Shown in pieces: positions 6,962-14,007 of a stretch of 15,862 nt of DNA. The translations under genes were made by a program, and so were the position numbers. The notes under the pieces were generated by a model. It saw only the letters and a program-made list of their open reading frames with translations. It was not told where the DNA came from and searched no databases. Numbering within the stretch: the stretch's first letter is position 1; the number at the start of each line of letters is the position of its first letter. This stretch comes from a virus. The stretch is from the UHGV virus genome UHGV-0076425; one strand, 5' to 3'.

Positions 6962-7636
6962 TTAGGCCTTTATTGTGTATCTTCTTGGTTTTCCCGAGAA
7001 AATCACTGTACCAATTATAGAGCAATTACCGTTAATCTTAATGTAAGGCTCAGGCCAGTTTGGGTTTAATGCTTTGAGATAACGCTGTGTTCCATCTTCT
7101 ATCAATCGCTTGAAGGTGGTTTCGCCTGTATCGTGCATCAATGCAATAACGTCGTCACCGTGGCAGGCAGGGACTTCGGGATCAACAAAAATCATGTCTC
7201 CAGGGCGGTACTCATCAATCATTGAATCACCAATCACCCGCAAGATATAAGTCATTTCGCCACAGGGTACAGGGCAGGGATACGTTTCTGCTGTGCTCAA
7301 ATCAACCTCAGAATAGCCAACTTCTTTCCATGCTCCGGCCTGTACCCATGATATGACAGGGACTAACGTTATTTGTTTGTTAGTGATTGAAACATCAGGT
7401 TTTTTTGTGATGTTCGTTGTCTGGTGTTCTTGATCAAGCCATCCGACAGGCAGGTCGAAACATTTTTCGATGTGCCGTGCCATGCTGTCACCGATATTTT
7501 TAGTAGCGCCATCCCCCATAAACCTGCTGGTTTGGGTTGGCTCGCGATCAATCATGGTGGCAAAGGATGAATTTCCGCCAACACCATCTCTCAGTTTTCT
7601 GGCGTTAGACCGCCGGATGTCATGGATTGTTTTCAT
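6962..7636 (-). CDS. cI: CI-like prophage repressor with C-terminal S24 (LexA-type) autopeptidase domain
   Basis: 224 aa; C-terminal GDSM (Ser nucleophile) and a downstream Lys; candidate RecA-stimulated cleavage site VQAG-AW paralleling lambda CI VQAG-MF; divergent from the cro-like gene. Confidence 0.9.
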   Translation of the reverse strand: MKTIHDIRRSNARKLRDGVGGNSSFATMIDREPTQTSRFMGDGATKNIGDSMARHIEKCFDLPVGWLDQEHQTTNITKKPDVSITNKQITLVPVISWVQAGAWKEVGYSEVDLSTAETYPCPVPCGEMTYILRVIGDSMIDEYRPGDMIFVDPEVPACHGDDVIALMHDTGETTFKRLIEDGTQRYLKALNPNWPEPYIKINGNCSIIGTVIFSGKPRRYTIKA

Positions 7637-7653
7637 AACGAAATTAAAACCTT

Positions 7654-7720
7654 TGTACCGATAAGGTACAAGTATCTTGAAGGTTCATTTCAATCATGTA
7701 ATATGTACACCGGAGGTACA
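7654..7720. promoter_or_regulatory. Right operator region: two TGTAC-N7-GTACA sites (7654..7670 and 7704..7720)
   Basis: Two perfect copies of the 17-bp dyad in the 90-bp divergent intergenic region; the second overlaps the -10/start of the rightward promoter. Confidence 0.65.
7677..7704 (+). promoter_or_regulatory. pR-like rightward early promoter
   Basis: -35 TTGAAG (7677..7682), 16-nt spacer, -10 TAATAT (7699..7704); GGAGG Shine-Dalgarno follows before the cro-like ATG. Confidence 0.45.
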
Positions 7721-7726
7721 TATTGT

Positions 7727-7927
7727 ATGAAAGCGTATTGGGACTCTTTAACCAAAGAACAGCAGGGCGAGTTGGCCGGAAAAGTTGGCTCAACACCTGG
7801 CTACTTACGGCTGGTTTTCAATGGTTATAAAAAAGCCAGTTTTGTGCTGGCGAAAAAACTTGAGCAATGCACGTCAGGTGCAATTACGAAATCTGACTTA
7901 AGACCGGATATCTATCCGAAAGATTAA
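7727..7927 (+). CDS. Cro-like HTH regulator (YdaS family)
   Basis: Track ORF 7622..7927; start chosen at the ATG at 7727 because the longer ORF would cover the operators and promoter. 66 aa, first rightward gene opposite the repressor; C-terminal DLRPDI motif recalled from YdaS-type proteins. Confidence 0.65.
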   Translation: MKAYWDSLTKEQQGELAGKVGSTPGYLRLVFNGYKKASFVLAKKLEQCTSGAITKSDLRPDIYPKD

Positions 7928-7958
7928 CAGAACACCTTCAATTTTTAACCACAGAACG

Positions 7959-8528
7959 ATGAGGCTAACCGTGGGTAAGTATCACTGGAAAGTAGAAAAA
8001 CAGCCTGAGTGGTACGTGAAAGCTGTCAGAAAAACTATCGCAGCGTTGCCGGGTGGTTACGCTGAAGCAGCTGACTGGCTGGATGTAACAGAAAACGCAT
8101 TATTTAACCGCCTTCGTGCCGATGGCGATCAGATTTTCCCGCTGGGATGGGCAATGATTTTGCAACGTGCTGGTGGAACTCACTTCATTGCTGACGCTGT
8201 GGCGCAGTCTGCAAATGGCGTCTTTGTGTCTCTTCCTGACGTCGAGGATGTGGACAACGCCGATATTAACCAGCGTCTGCTGGAAGTCATTGAACAGATC
8301 GGCAGTTATTCCAGACAGATTCGTTCAGCAATCGAAGACGGTGTAGTGGAACCGCATGAGAAGACAGCAATTAACGACGAGCTGTACCTCTCAATTTCGA
8401 AGCTCCAGGAGCATGCAGCACTGGTCTACAAAATCTTCTGCGCTCCAGAAAATAGTAACGCCCGCGAGTGTGCAGCTCCGGGCGTCGTGGCGTCGATTGC
8501 TTCTGGTTGTGGAGAAACTAACGCATGA
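7959..8528 (+). CDS. CII-like regulator (YdaT family) candidate
   Basis: 189 aa ORF second in the rightward operon; family assignment from position and memory only; alternative GTG start at 7971 has a better GAGG Shine-Dalgarno. Confidence 0.45.
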   Translation: MRLTVGKYHWKVEKQPEWYVKAVRKTIAALPGGYAEAADWLDVTENALFNRLRADGDQIFPLGWAMILQRAGGTHFIADAVAQSANGVFVSLPDVEDVDNADINQRLLEVIEQIGSYSRQIRSAIEDGVVEPHEKTAINDELYLSISKLQEHAALVYKIFCAPENSNARECAAPGVVASIASGCGETNA

Positions 8529-9673
8529 ATAGTTTAACGGCAAATAACCGTTTGTCGCAACAGCTGGTGGTCAGCGTCGCTGAACACCTGTTGTTACGGC
8601 ATGAATGCAGATTACCAAATCACCTGGCTGTAAGTAACCACAGAGAACTTTACCTGACTGTGGGGGGCGAGTTGTGCAGGAACTTAACCGCTGGTTTCGT
8701 GACGGAAGAGGACTTTATGTTCATGTTATTCGTTGGGAGCCAGAAACACAGCGCGTTATCTATCTTCGCAAAGACTACCAGCATGAGTGCTTTAGTCCTT
8801 TGTGGAAATTCAGGCGTGATTTTGTTGAGTGTGAAGGACCACCAGCACATTGATTCTGCCATTCCGGGACGTTACACTGTTCAGGCACCTTATAAAGCGG
8901 GTGTCGGGATTGGCGTCCTGGAATTGCATACGGCGACAATTGGCGCGTTAGCGTCTTTTTTGTTGCTACAACTCAGCTATACCCAAATTATGGTGGGCTG
9001 GGTGGGGGCACCGAAAGGTGCGCCGGTTTCCGTATGCGCCGGTTACGCCAACCCTGCTCAGTTCACCACCAGCGAAATTGGCGTTTCCGGTGGTGGAAGT
9101 TATCCATTGCATACGGAGGCTGCCATCATGGCTACGATCCCAACCCTCACTCAACCTGAAATTGCCATCGTTGATGGTCAGGCTGTTACTTCATCCCTGG
9201 CTGTTGCCAACTTCTTCTCCAAACGTCATGACGATGTACTGAAAAAGATCCGCACGCTTGAATGTTCCGCATCATTCACTGCCCGCAATTTTTCGGTGAG
9301 TGATTACACCGATTGCACAGGCCGCAAACTACCTTGCTATCAAATAACCCGCGACGGCTTTGCGTTTCTTGCTATGGGTTTCACGGGTAAACGTGCTGCC
9401 CAGTTCAAAGAGGCATACATCAATGCCTTTAACCAGATGGAAAAACTGCTTTCAAAGCCATCCACGCTGAGCGATGCCGCAGATAACGCCAGCGTGCTTT
9501 ACTCCCACCTGTCGGTAATCCACAAGGTCTGGCTGCAGCAGCTTTATCCCATGTTGGCAAAAGCCGAATCCCCGCTGGCTGTAAGTCTGTATGACCGCAT
9601 CAACGACGCGGCGCTACTGGCCAGTCTCATAAATTTGTCGCTGAACCCTTCAGAGGTAAGGGGGCGCAAATGA
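8525..9673 (+). CDS. Rha-family phage regulatory protein; true start uncertain (alternative ATG at 9128)
   Basis: Rha-domain signature (VTSSLAVANFFSKRHDDVLKKIRTL...) lies at residues ~205-300 of the 382-aa ORF; Rha domains are normally N-terminal, so the ATG at 9128 (GGAGG 8 nt upstream) may be the real start. The upstream 600 nt are stop-free in this frame and the ATG at 8525 overlaps the preceding stop (ATGA). Confidence 0.55.
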   Translation: MNSLTANNRLSQQLVVSVAEHLLLRHECRLPNHLAVSNHRELYLTVGGELCRNLTAGFVTEEDFMFMLFVGSQKHSALSIFAKTTSMSALVLCGNSGVILLSVKDHQHIDSAIPGRYTVQAPYKAGVGIGVLELHTATIGALASFLLLQLSYTQIMVGWVGAPKGAPVSVCAGYANPAQFTTSEIGVSGGGSYPLHTEAAIMATIPTLTQPEIAIVDGQAVTSSLAVANFFSKRHDDVLKKIRTLECSASFTARNFSVSDYTDCTGRKLPCYQITRDGFAFLAMGFTGKRAAQFKEAYINAFNQMEKLLSKPSTLSDAADNASVLYSHLSVIHKVWLQQLYPMLAKAESPLAVSLYDRINDAALLASLINLSLNPSEVRGRK

Positions 9674-9894
9674 TCCGGAATATTTTCAAACGGTTTACCA
9701 ATCATACTTTCCGTTGTCCTCGTCCGGGTCAGTGGTACACCACGCCTGCAGGGCATGTTCTACGTGTTAGCCTGGTTGACCGTGAATGTCAGAAGGTGAT
9801 TTGTGAACCGCTGGGCCGTAATTACCGCGTCAGTATGCCGCTTATAGCCTTTTGCTCCGGAAAAATGTTTAAGCGTCTGGGAGGTGTGGCGTGA
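9670..9894 (+). CDS. Hypothetical small phage protein (74 aa)
   Basis: ATGA overlap with the Rha stop; no recognisable domain. Confidence 0.45.
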   Translation: MIRNIFKRFTNHTFRCPRPGQWYTTPAGHVLRVSLVDRECQKVICEPLGRNYRVSMPLIAFCSGKMFKRLGGVA

Positions 9895-10190
9895 ACTGTT
9901 TTCAGTTTGTGTGCGGATGTGCTTTCGATAACCCGATTCAGCGCCTGATTATGTTGCGTGTTTTGATGTCGGGTTCTTCAGACGGTGAAGGCGAGAGAGT
10001 TATTGATCATCAGGTGCTTGCTGATTTCTGCTGTTGTTCTAAGCAAGCGATATTCAGGGAAACCCTGGCACTGGAAAGAGCTGGTTATCTTCATATCCGA
10101 AAAATTGCAACGCTTACTATTGATGCAAAAGCCAGACTACAACCTGCGCGTGGCTACACAATTCTCATGCCGCGGAAGGAGGTTGTATGA
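9891..10190 (+). CDS. Hypothetical protein, possible winged-helix DNA-binding protein (replication-associated?)
   Basis: GTG start overlapping the upstream stop, GGGAGG 6 nt upstream; loose pattern similarity to the N-terminal DNA-binding region of lambda O is by eye only. Confidence 0.4.
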   Translation: MNCFQFVCGCAFDNPIQRLIMLRVLMSGSSDGEGERVIDHQVLADFCCCSKQAIFRETLALERAGYLHIRKIATLTIDAKARLQPARGYTILMPRKEVV

Positions 10191-11170
10191 GCCGTTACGC
10201 CCCCACACCGGAAGTTATGGCTATTGGTCAAATTAATATTTCCGGCAATGTTACACCTGCGACCTGGTGGAAATATATTCGACTACCCAGTGGGCGTCCG
10301 GATGCGACGGCTATCGCTCTGCTTTCAGAGATCGTTTACTGGTACCGCCCGACAGAGGTCAGGGATGAGCACACCGGAGCGTTGCTGGGATATCGCAAGC
10401 GTTTTCAGGGCGACAAACTGCAAAGAAGCTACCAGGCGTTTGCTGAGCAGTTTGGTTTCGGGAAAAGGGAAACCGCAGATGCGCTGAAGCGTCTCCGTGA
10501 TGCCGGGTTTATTACTCTGGATTTACGCACGGTGGAAATGCTCGATGGGGTGAAATGTAGCAATATTTTGTTTGTCGGGATCAACCCACAGGCAATTGCG
10601 GCCATCACCACACCTTCTTCTGTTTCGCCAGAAAGTAACAGCAATAATGCAATCAGCGATACAGCTATTACGTTAAAACGGAACACCCCCCGACGTCGTA
10701 ACGGAACAGGGGATACGCCGAATGTTGATACAAATACAGAGATTACTACAGAGATTACAACGGAGACTAAAAACACTATTGGCGCATCCGCTGACGCGTC
10801 TGCACCAGCGCGTTCTGCCCGACAGGAATATTCACCGGAATTTGAACAGGCCTGGCAGGAATATCCCAAACGTGCTGGTGGTAATTCAAAATCCGCCGCT
10901 TTTAAAGCCTGGAAAGCCCGAATCAGGGAAGGTGTGACACCTGAAACCATGCTCGACGGTGTGAAACGCTATGCCGCCTGGGTGCGTGTCTCTGGAAATA
11001 CCTGTACCCAGTTCGTGAAGCAGGCGTCGACGTTCTTTGGTCCGGATCGTCATTTCGAAGAATCCTGGGAAGTTCCTGCGGTATCTGCAGCCAGACGCGA
11101 GGACCCGTACTTCAAAGCCAGTTACGACAACGTGGACTACAGCCAGATCCCGACAGGATTCAGGGGGTGA
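10187..11170 (+). CDS. Putative phage replication initiation protein
   Basis: 327 aa; strong AAGGAGG Shine-Dalgarno; occupies the position of the replication initiator after the cro/cII-like genes; two-domain layout with a repeat-containing linker (TEITTEITTETK). Function assigned by position and general resemblance. Confidence 0.5.
   Translation: MSRYAPTPEVMAIGQINISGNVTPATWWKYIRLPSGRPDATAIALLSEIVYWYRPTEVRDEHTGALLGYRKRFQGDKLQRSYQAFAEQFGFGKRETADALKRLRDAGFITLDLRTVEMLDGVKCSNILFVGINPQAIAAITTPSSVSPESNSNNAISDTAITLKRNTPRRRNGTGDTPNVDTNTEITTEITTETKNTIGASADASAPARSARQEYSPEFEQAWQEYPKRAGGNSKSAAFKAWKARIREGVTPETMLDGVKRYAAWVRVSGNTCTQFVKQASTFFGPDRHFEESWEVPAVSAARREDPYFKASYDNVDYSQIPTGFRG
10736..10771. repeat. 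Three tandem 12-bp repeats (ACAGAGATTACT / ACAGAGATTACA / ACGGAGACTAAA) inside the putative replication gene
   Basis: Seen in the sequence; located in the inter-domain linker, which is where the ori iterons sit in lambda O. Confidence 0.4.
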
Positions 11171-11172
11171 TC

Positions 11173-11661
11173 ATGAGTCTGATGAACGATGTACAGAAAT
11201 TCATTGAAGCCCATCCGGGGTGTACTTCAGGTGACATTGCGGATGCTTTTGCTGGTTACTCACGACAGTGCGTTCTGCAGTCAGCAAGCAAGTTACGTCA
11301 GAGTGGCCGTGTGGCTCACTGTTGTGAAGGGAAAACACGCAGACATTTCCCACACCAGGCTGAGATATCGCAGGAGGAGAAACTGCAACCTGTTCTTGAA
11401 ACCATACCTGTGCGCAATTTCTATGTCGGCACTAACGATCCCCGGGTGATTTTGTGCCTGACCCGCCAGGCGGAAGAACTGGAGTCCAGGGGCTTATACC
11501 GTCGTGCTGCAACCGTGTGGATGGCGGCATTCCGTGAAAGCCACTCCCAGCCAGAACGAAACAATTTTCTGGCGCGTCGTGAGCGGTGCTTACGGAAAAG
11601 CAGAAAGCGCGCTGTAGCGGGTGATGAGTGGTATCTGTCAGGGAATTACGTGGGGGCTTAA
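11173..11661 (+). CDS. PerC-family-like transcriptional regulator with N-terminal winged-helix-like region
   Basis: Track ORF starts at a GTG at 11167; the ATG at 11173 has a GGGGG Shine-Dalgarno. C-terminal segment AEELESRGLYRRAATVWMAAF...LARRERCL resembles the PerC/Pch signature as recalled. Confidence 0.45.
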   Translation: MSLMNDVQKFIEAHPGCTSGDIADAFAGYSRQCVLQSASKLRQSGRVAHCCEGKTRRHFPHQAEISQEEKLQPVLETIPVRNFYVGTNDPRVILCLTRQAEELESRGLYRRAATVWMAAFRESHSQPERNNFLARRERCLRKSRKRAVAGDEWYLSGNYVGA

Positions 11662-12314
11662 TGAGTAATAAATATTGCCAGGCGCTGGTGGAACTACGGA
11701 ACAAACCAGCCCATGAACTGAAGGAAGTGGGCGATCAGTGGCGCACGCCGGACAACATTTTCTGGGGAATTAACACCCTGTTTGGCCCGTTTGTTCTGGA
11801 TCTGTTTACTGACGGTGATAACGCCAAATGTGCCGCGTATTACACGGCGGAAGACAACGCGCTGGCACATGACTGGTCAGAACGTCTTGCGGAGCTTAAA
11901 GGTGCTGCCTTTGGTAATCCCCCGTACAGCCGCGCCAGTCAGCATGAGGGACAATACATCACCGGCATGCGTTACATCATGAAGCATGCCAGTGCCATGC
12001 GTGATAAAGGCGGGCGCTATGTTTTCCTGATCAAAGCGGCCACCAGCGAAGTGTGGTGGCCGGAAGATGCAGATCATATTGCTTTTATTCGCGGGCGTAT
12101 TGGTTTTGAACTGCCAGCCTGGTTTATCCCGAAAGACGAAAAGCAGGTGCCAACAGGTGCTTTCTTCGCTGGTGCTATTGCTGTTTTCGACAAGACCTGG
12201 AAGGGAGCGGCAATCAGCTACATCGGGCGCGATGAACTTGAGGCATGTGGTGAGGCATTTCTGGCGCAGGTTCGCCAGCAGGCGGAAAAACTGGTCAGGG
12301 AGATGGCGGCATGA
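11661..12314 (+). CDS. dam: Phage N6-adenine DNA methyltransferase (Dam-like)
   Basis: Catalytic NPPY motif (FGNPPYSRA); start chosen at the ATG overlapping the upstream TAA (TAATG) rather than the track start at 11628. Confidence 0.8.
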   Translation: MSNKYCQALVELRNKPAHELKEVGDQWRTPDNIFWGINTLFGPFVLDLFTDGDNAKCAAYYTAEDNALAHDWSERLAELKGAAFGNPPYSRASQHEGQYITGMRYIMKHASAMRDKGGRYVFLIKAATSEVWWPEDADHIAFIRGRIGFELPAWFIPKDEKQVPTGAFFAGAIAVFDKTWKGAAISYIGRDELEACGEAFLAQVRQQAEKLVREMAA

Positions 12315-12628
12315 CGACATTAACTCAATGCCAGCAGCAGGTGCTGGATATGCTGATTTCTTATCAGAAAGAACGTGGCTTCCCGCCAACCAATCAGGAG
12401 GTGGCAACCATGCTGGGATACCGTTCGGTGAATGCAGCGGTGGAGCATCTTCGCGCACTGGAGAAAAAAGGTGTCATCACGATAAAGCGTGGCGTGGCCC
12501 GGGGTATCACTCTTCATACCGCGGTGAAGGACGACGACAGCGAGGCGGTCGGGATTATCCGCGCCCTGCTTGCCGGTGAGGCAAACGCCAGGCTGCGTGC
12601 AGCCCACTGGTTACATGAGAGGGCCTGA
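12311..12628 (+). CDS. LexA N-terminal DNA-binding-domain protein lacking the S24 peptidase domain
   Basis: 105 aa; aligns by eye along residues 1-70 with the E. coli LexA N-terminal domain (G-PPT, LG-RS-NAA-EHL-AL-KGVI, RGI-L); no Ala-Gly cleavage site or Ser/Lys peptidase domain follows; ATGA overlap with the dam stop. Confidence 0.8.
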   Translation: MTTLTQCQQQVLDMLISYQKERGFPPTNQEVATMLGYRSVNAAVEHLRALEKKGVITIKRGVARGITLHTAVKDDDSEAVGIIRALLAGEANARLRAAHWLHERA

Positions 12629-12632
12629 AAGT

Positions 12633-13028
12633 ATGAAGCTAATACTGCCTTTTCCGCCCAGCGTGAACACGTACTGGCGACACCCCAATAAAGGGGCGTT
12701 TGCTGGTAAGAGCCTGATAAGCGCGGCGGGGCGAAAATTCCAGAGCGCGGCGTGTGCAGCAATAGTTGAGCAGTTACGTCGTCTGCCGAAACCAACGTCG
12801 GCACCTGCTTCAGTGGAGATCGTGTTGTTTCCTCCGGATAACCGGATCCGCGATCTGGACAACTATAACAAGGCGCTGTTTGACGCCCTGACCCACGCGG
12901 GTGTGTGGGAAGACGACAGCCAGGTGAAAAGAATGCTGGTGGAGTGGGGACCGGTTATCCCGGAAGGGAAGGTCGAGATCACTATCAGTAAGTACGAAAA
13001 AGCGAGTTGCAAATTAGCAACTCGGTAA
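12633..13028 (+). CDS. rusA: RusA Holliday-junction resolvase
   Basis: Track ORF 12570..13028; the ATG at 12633 is preferred (GAGAGGG Shine-Dalgarno). Motif RDLDNYNKALFDALTHAGVWEDDSQV matches the RusA catalytic-Asp region; about 131 aa. Confidence 0.85.
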   Translation: MKLILPFPPSVNTYWRHPNKGAFAGKSLISAAGRKFQSAACAAIVEQLRRLPKPTSAPASVEIVLFPPDNRIRDLDNYNKALFDALTHAGVWEDDSQVKRMLVEWGPVIPEGKVEITISKYEKASCKLATR

Positions 13029-13190
13029 CGGAATTGAGCAACACCCTAAATTTGGGTATTACCTCGTTAAAGATACTGTATTTATGAAGAGTGTATCCTT
13101 GATAACTATTAAAAATCGCAGTAAGTTCATCCTGCATCAACGAAAAGGGAGTGCAGTCCCGCTCGTGGATAAAAATTTGTGGAGAAACCA

Positions 13191-14006
13191 ATGAATCAGT
13201 TGCTTGTAATTGATGGCGTTTCTGTGCGCCAGTACTTCGAATCTAACTACTGTCTTAACGACCTTCAGAAAGCTGCTCTTCTTGCCGCTGGTGAGAATCG
13301 CTCCTCCCGTTCGCTGGAAGTTCACGAGTTTATGCGTCGTCCTGAAACGAAGGCTCTTGTGGAATTATTGGAAGAAGAAACTACGGGAGATTCCCGTAGT
13401 ATTCCTGTCATCACCATTCAGGGGCGCAATGGTGGGACGTATGTCTGTAAAGAGCTGGTCTATGCATATGCAATGTGGATCAGCCCGGCATTCAGCTTAA
13501 AAGTGATACGTACTTTTGATGCGCTTCATAATTCATCACCAGAAGAAACCACATCCGACAAAATTAAATCCGGGGTCATTCTGCTTGAATCAGCAGCAAA
13601 GACTCTAAATCTGTCAAACTCCTCGAAACTTGGTGCATACCAGAAATTATCAAAGGTAGCTGGTCTTCCTGAACTTATGCCGATCTATGCCATTGATGCA
13701 CCTGCTGATGCGCCAGATGGTTCAAGCCGCCCTACGCTGTCGCTGAGTGCACTGCTGAAGCAGTATGGTATCCGCCTGACGGCTAATCAGGCATATCACC
13801 AGATGGCGAAGCTGGGGATCGTTGAACAACGCGAACGATACAGCCGTACCGCGATTAACAACATCAAAAAATTCTGGTCGCTGACAGCGAAAGGCTGCAT
13901 GTTCGGCAAGAACATCACCAGTCCTGCAAATCCGCGCGAGACGCAGCCGCATTTCTTCGAATCCCGATTCCCTGAGCTGTTAAAGCTGCTCGATACCGTT
14001 CATTGA
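13191..14006 (+). CDS. KilA-N domain-containing phage protein
   Basis: N-terminal region with GTYVCKELVYAYAMWISPAFSLKVI is typical of the KilA-N (APSES-like) domain; the ATG at 13191 has a GGAGAAA Shine-Dalgarno; preceded by a 160-bp AT-rich intergenic region. Confidence 0.75.
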   Translation: MNQLLVIDGVSVRQYFESNYCLNDLQKAALLAAGENRSSRSLEVHEFMRRPETKALVELLEEETTGDSRSIPVITIQGRNGGTYVCKELVYAYAMWISPAFSLKVIRTFDALHNSSPEETTSDKIKSGVILLESAAKTLNLSNSSKLGAYQKLSKVAGLPELMPIYAIDAPADAPDGSSRPTLSLSALLKQYGIRLTANQAYHQMAKLGIVEQRERYSRTAINNIKKFWSLTAKGCMFGKNITSPANPRETQPHFFESRFPELLKLLDTVH

Positions 14007-14007
14007 G

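Noticed and set aside
7727-8528. Interpreting the cro-like/cII-like pair as a YdaS/YdaT toxin-antitoxin system
   Set aside because: Their position directly opposite the repressor, behind an operator-controlled rightward promoter, fits the cro/cII regulatory roles better. Toxicity would need experimental support.
8650-9242. Track ORFs 8650..8862(-), 8966..9154(-), 9018..9242(+) within the segment upstream of Rha
   Set aside because: Unconvincing, low-complexity translations without start signals. The only alternative kept as a possibility is the 59-aa GTG ORF at 8674..8853.
9544-13952. Shadow ORFs overlapping replication/nin-like genes (9544..9756, 9985..10236, 10224..10487, 10429..10950, 10722..10937, 11189..11449, 11432..11704, 11782..11982, 11877..12458, 12067..12579, 12320..12607, 12514..12804, 12611..12862, 12985..13191, 13137..13325, 13210..13500, 13722..13952)
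   Set aside because: Each overlaps a gene with a recognisable domain (Dam NPPY, LexA domain, RusA, KilA-N) or operon-consistent signals; translations are Arg/Pro/Ser-rich in the way typical of out-of-frame reads.
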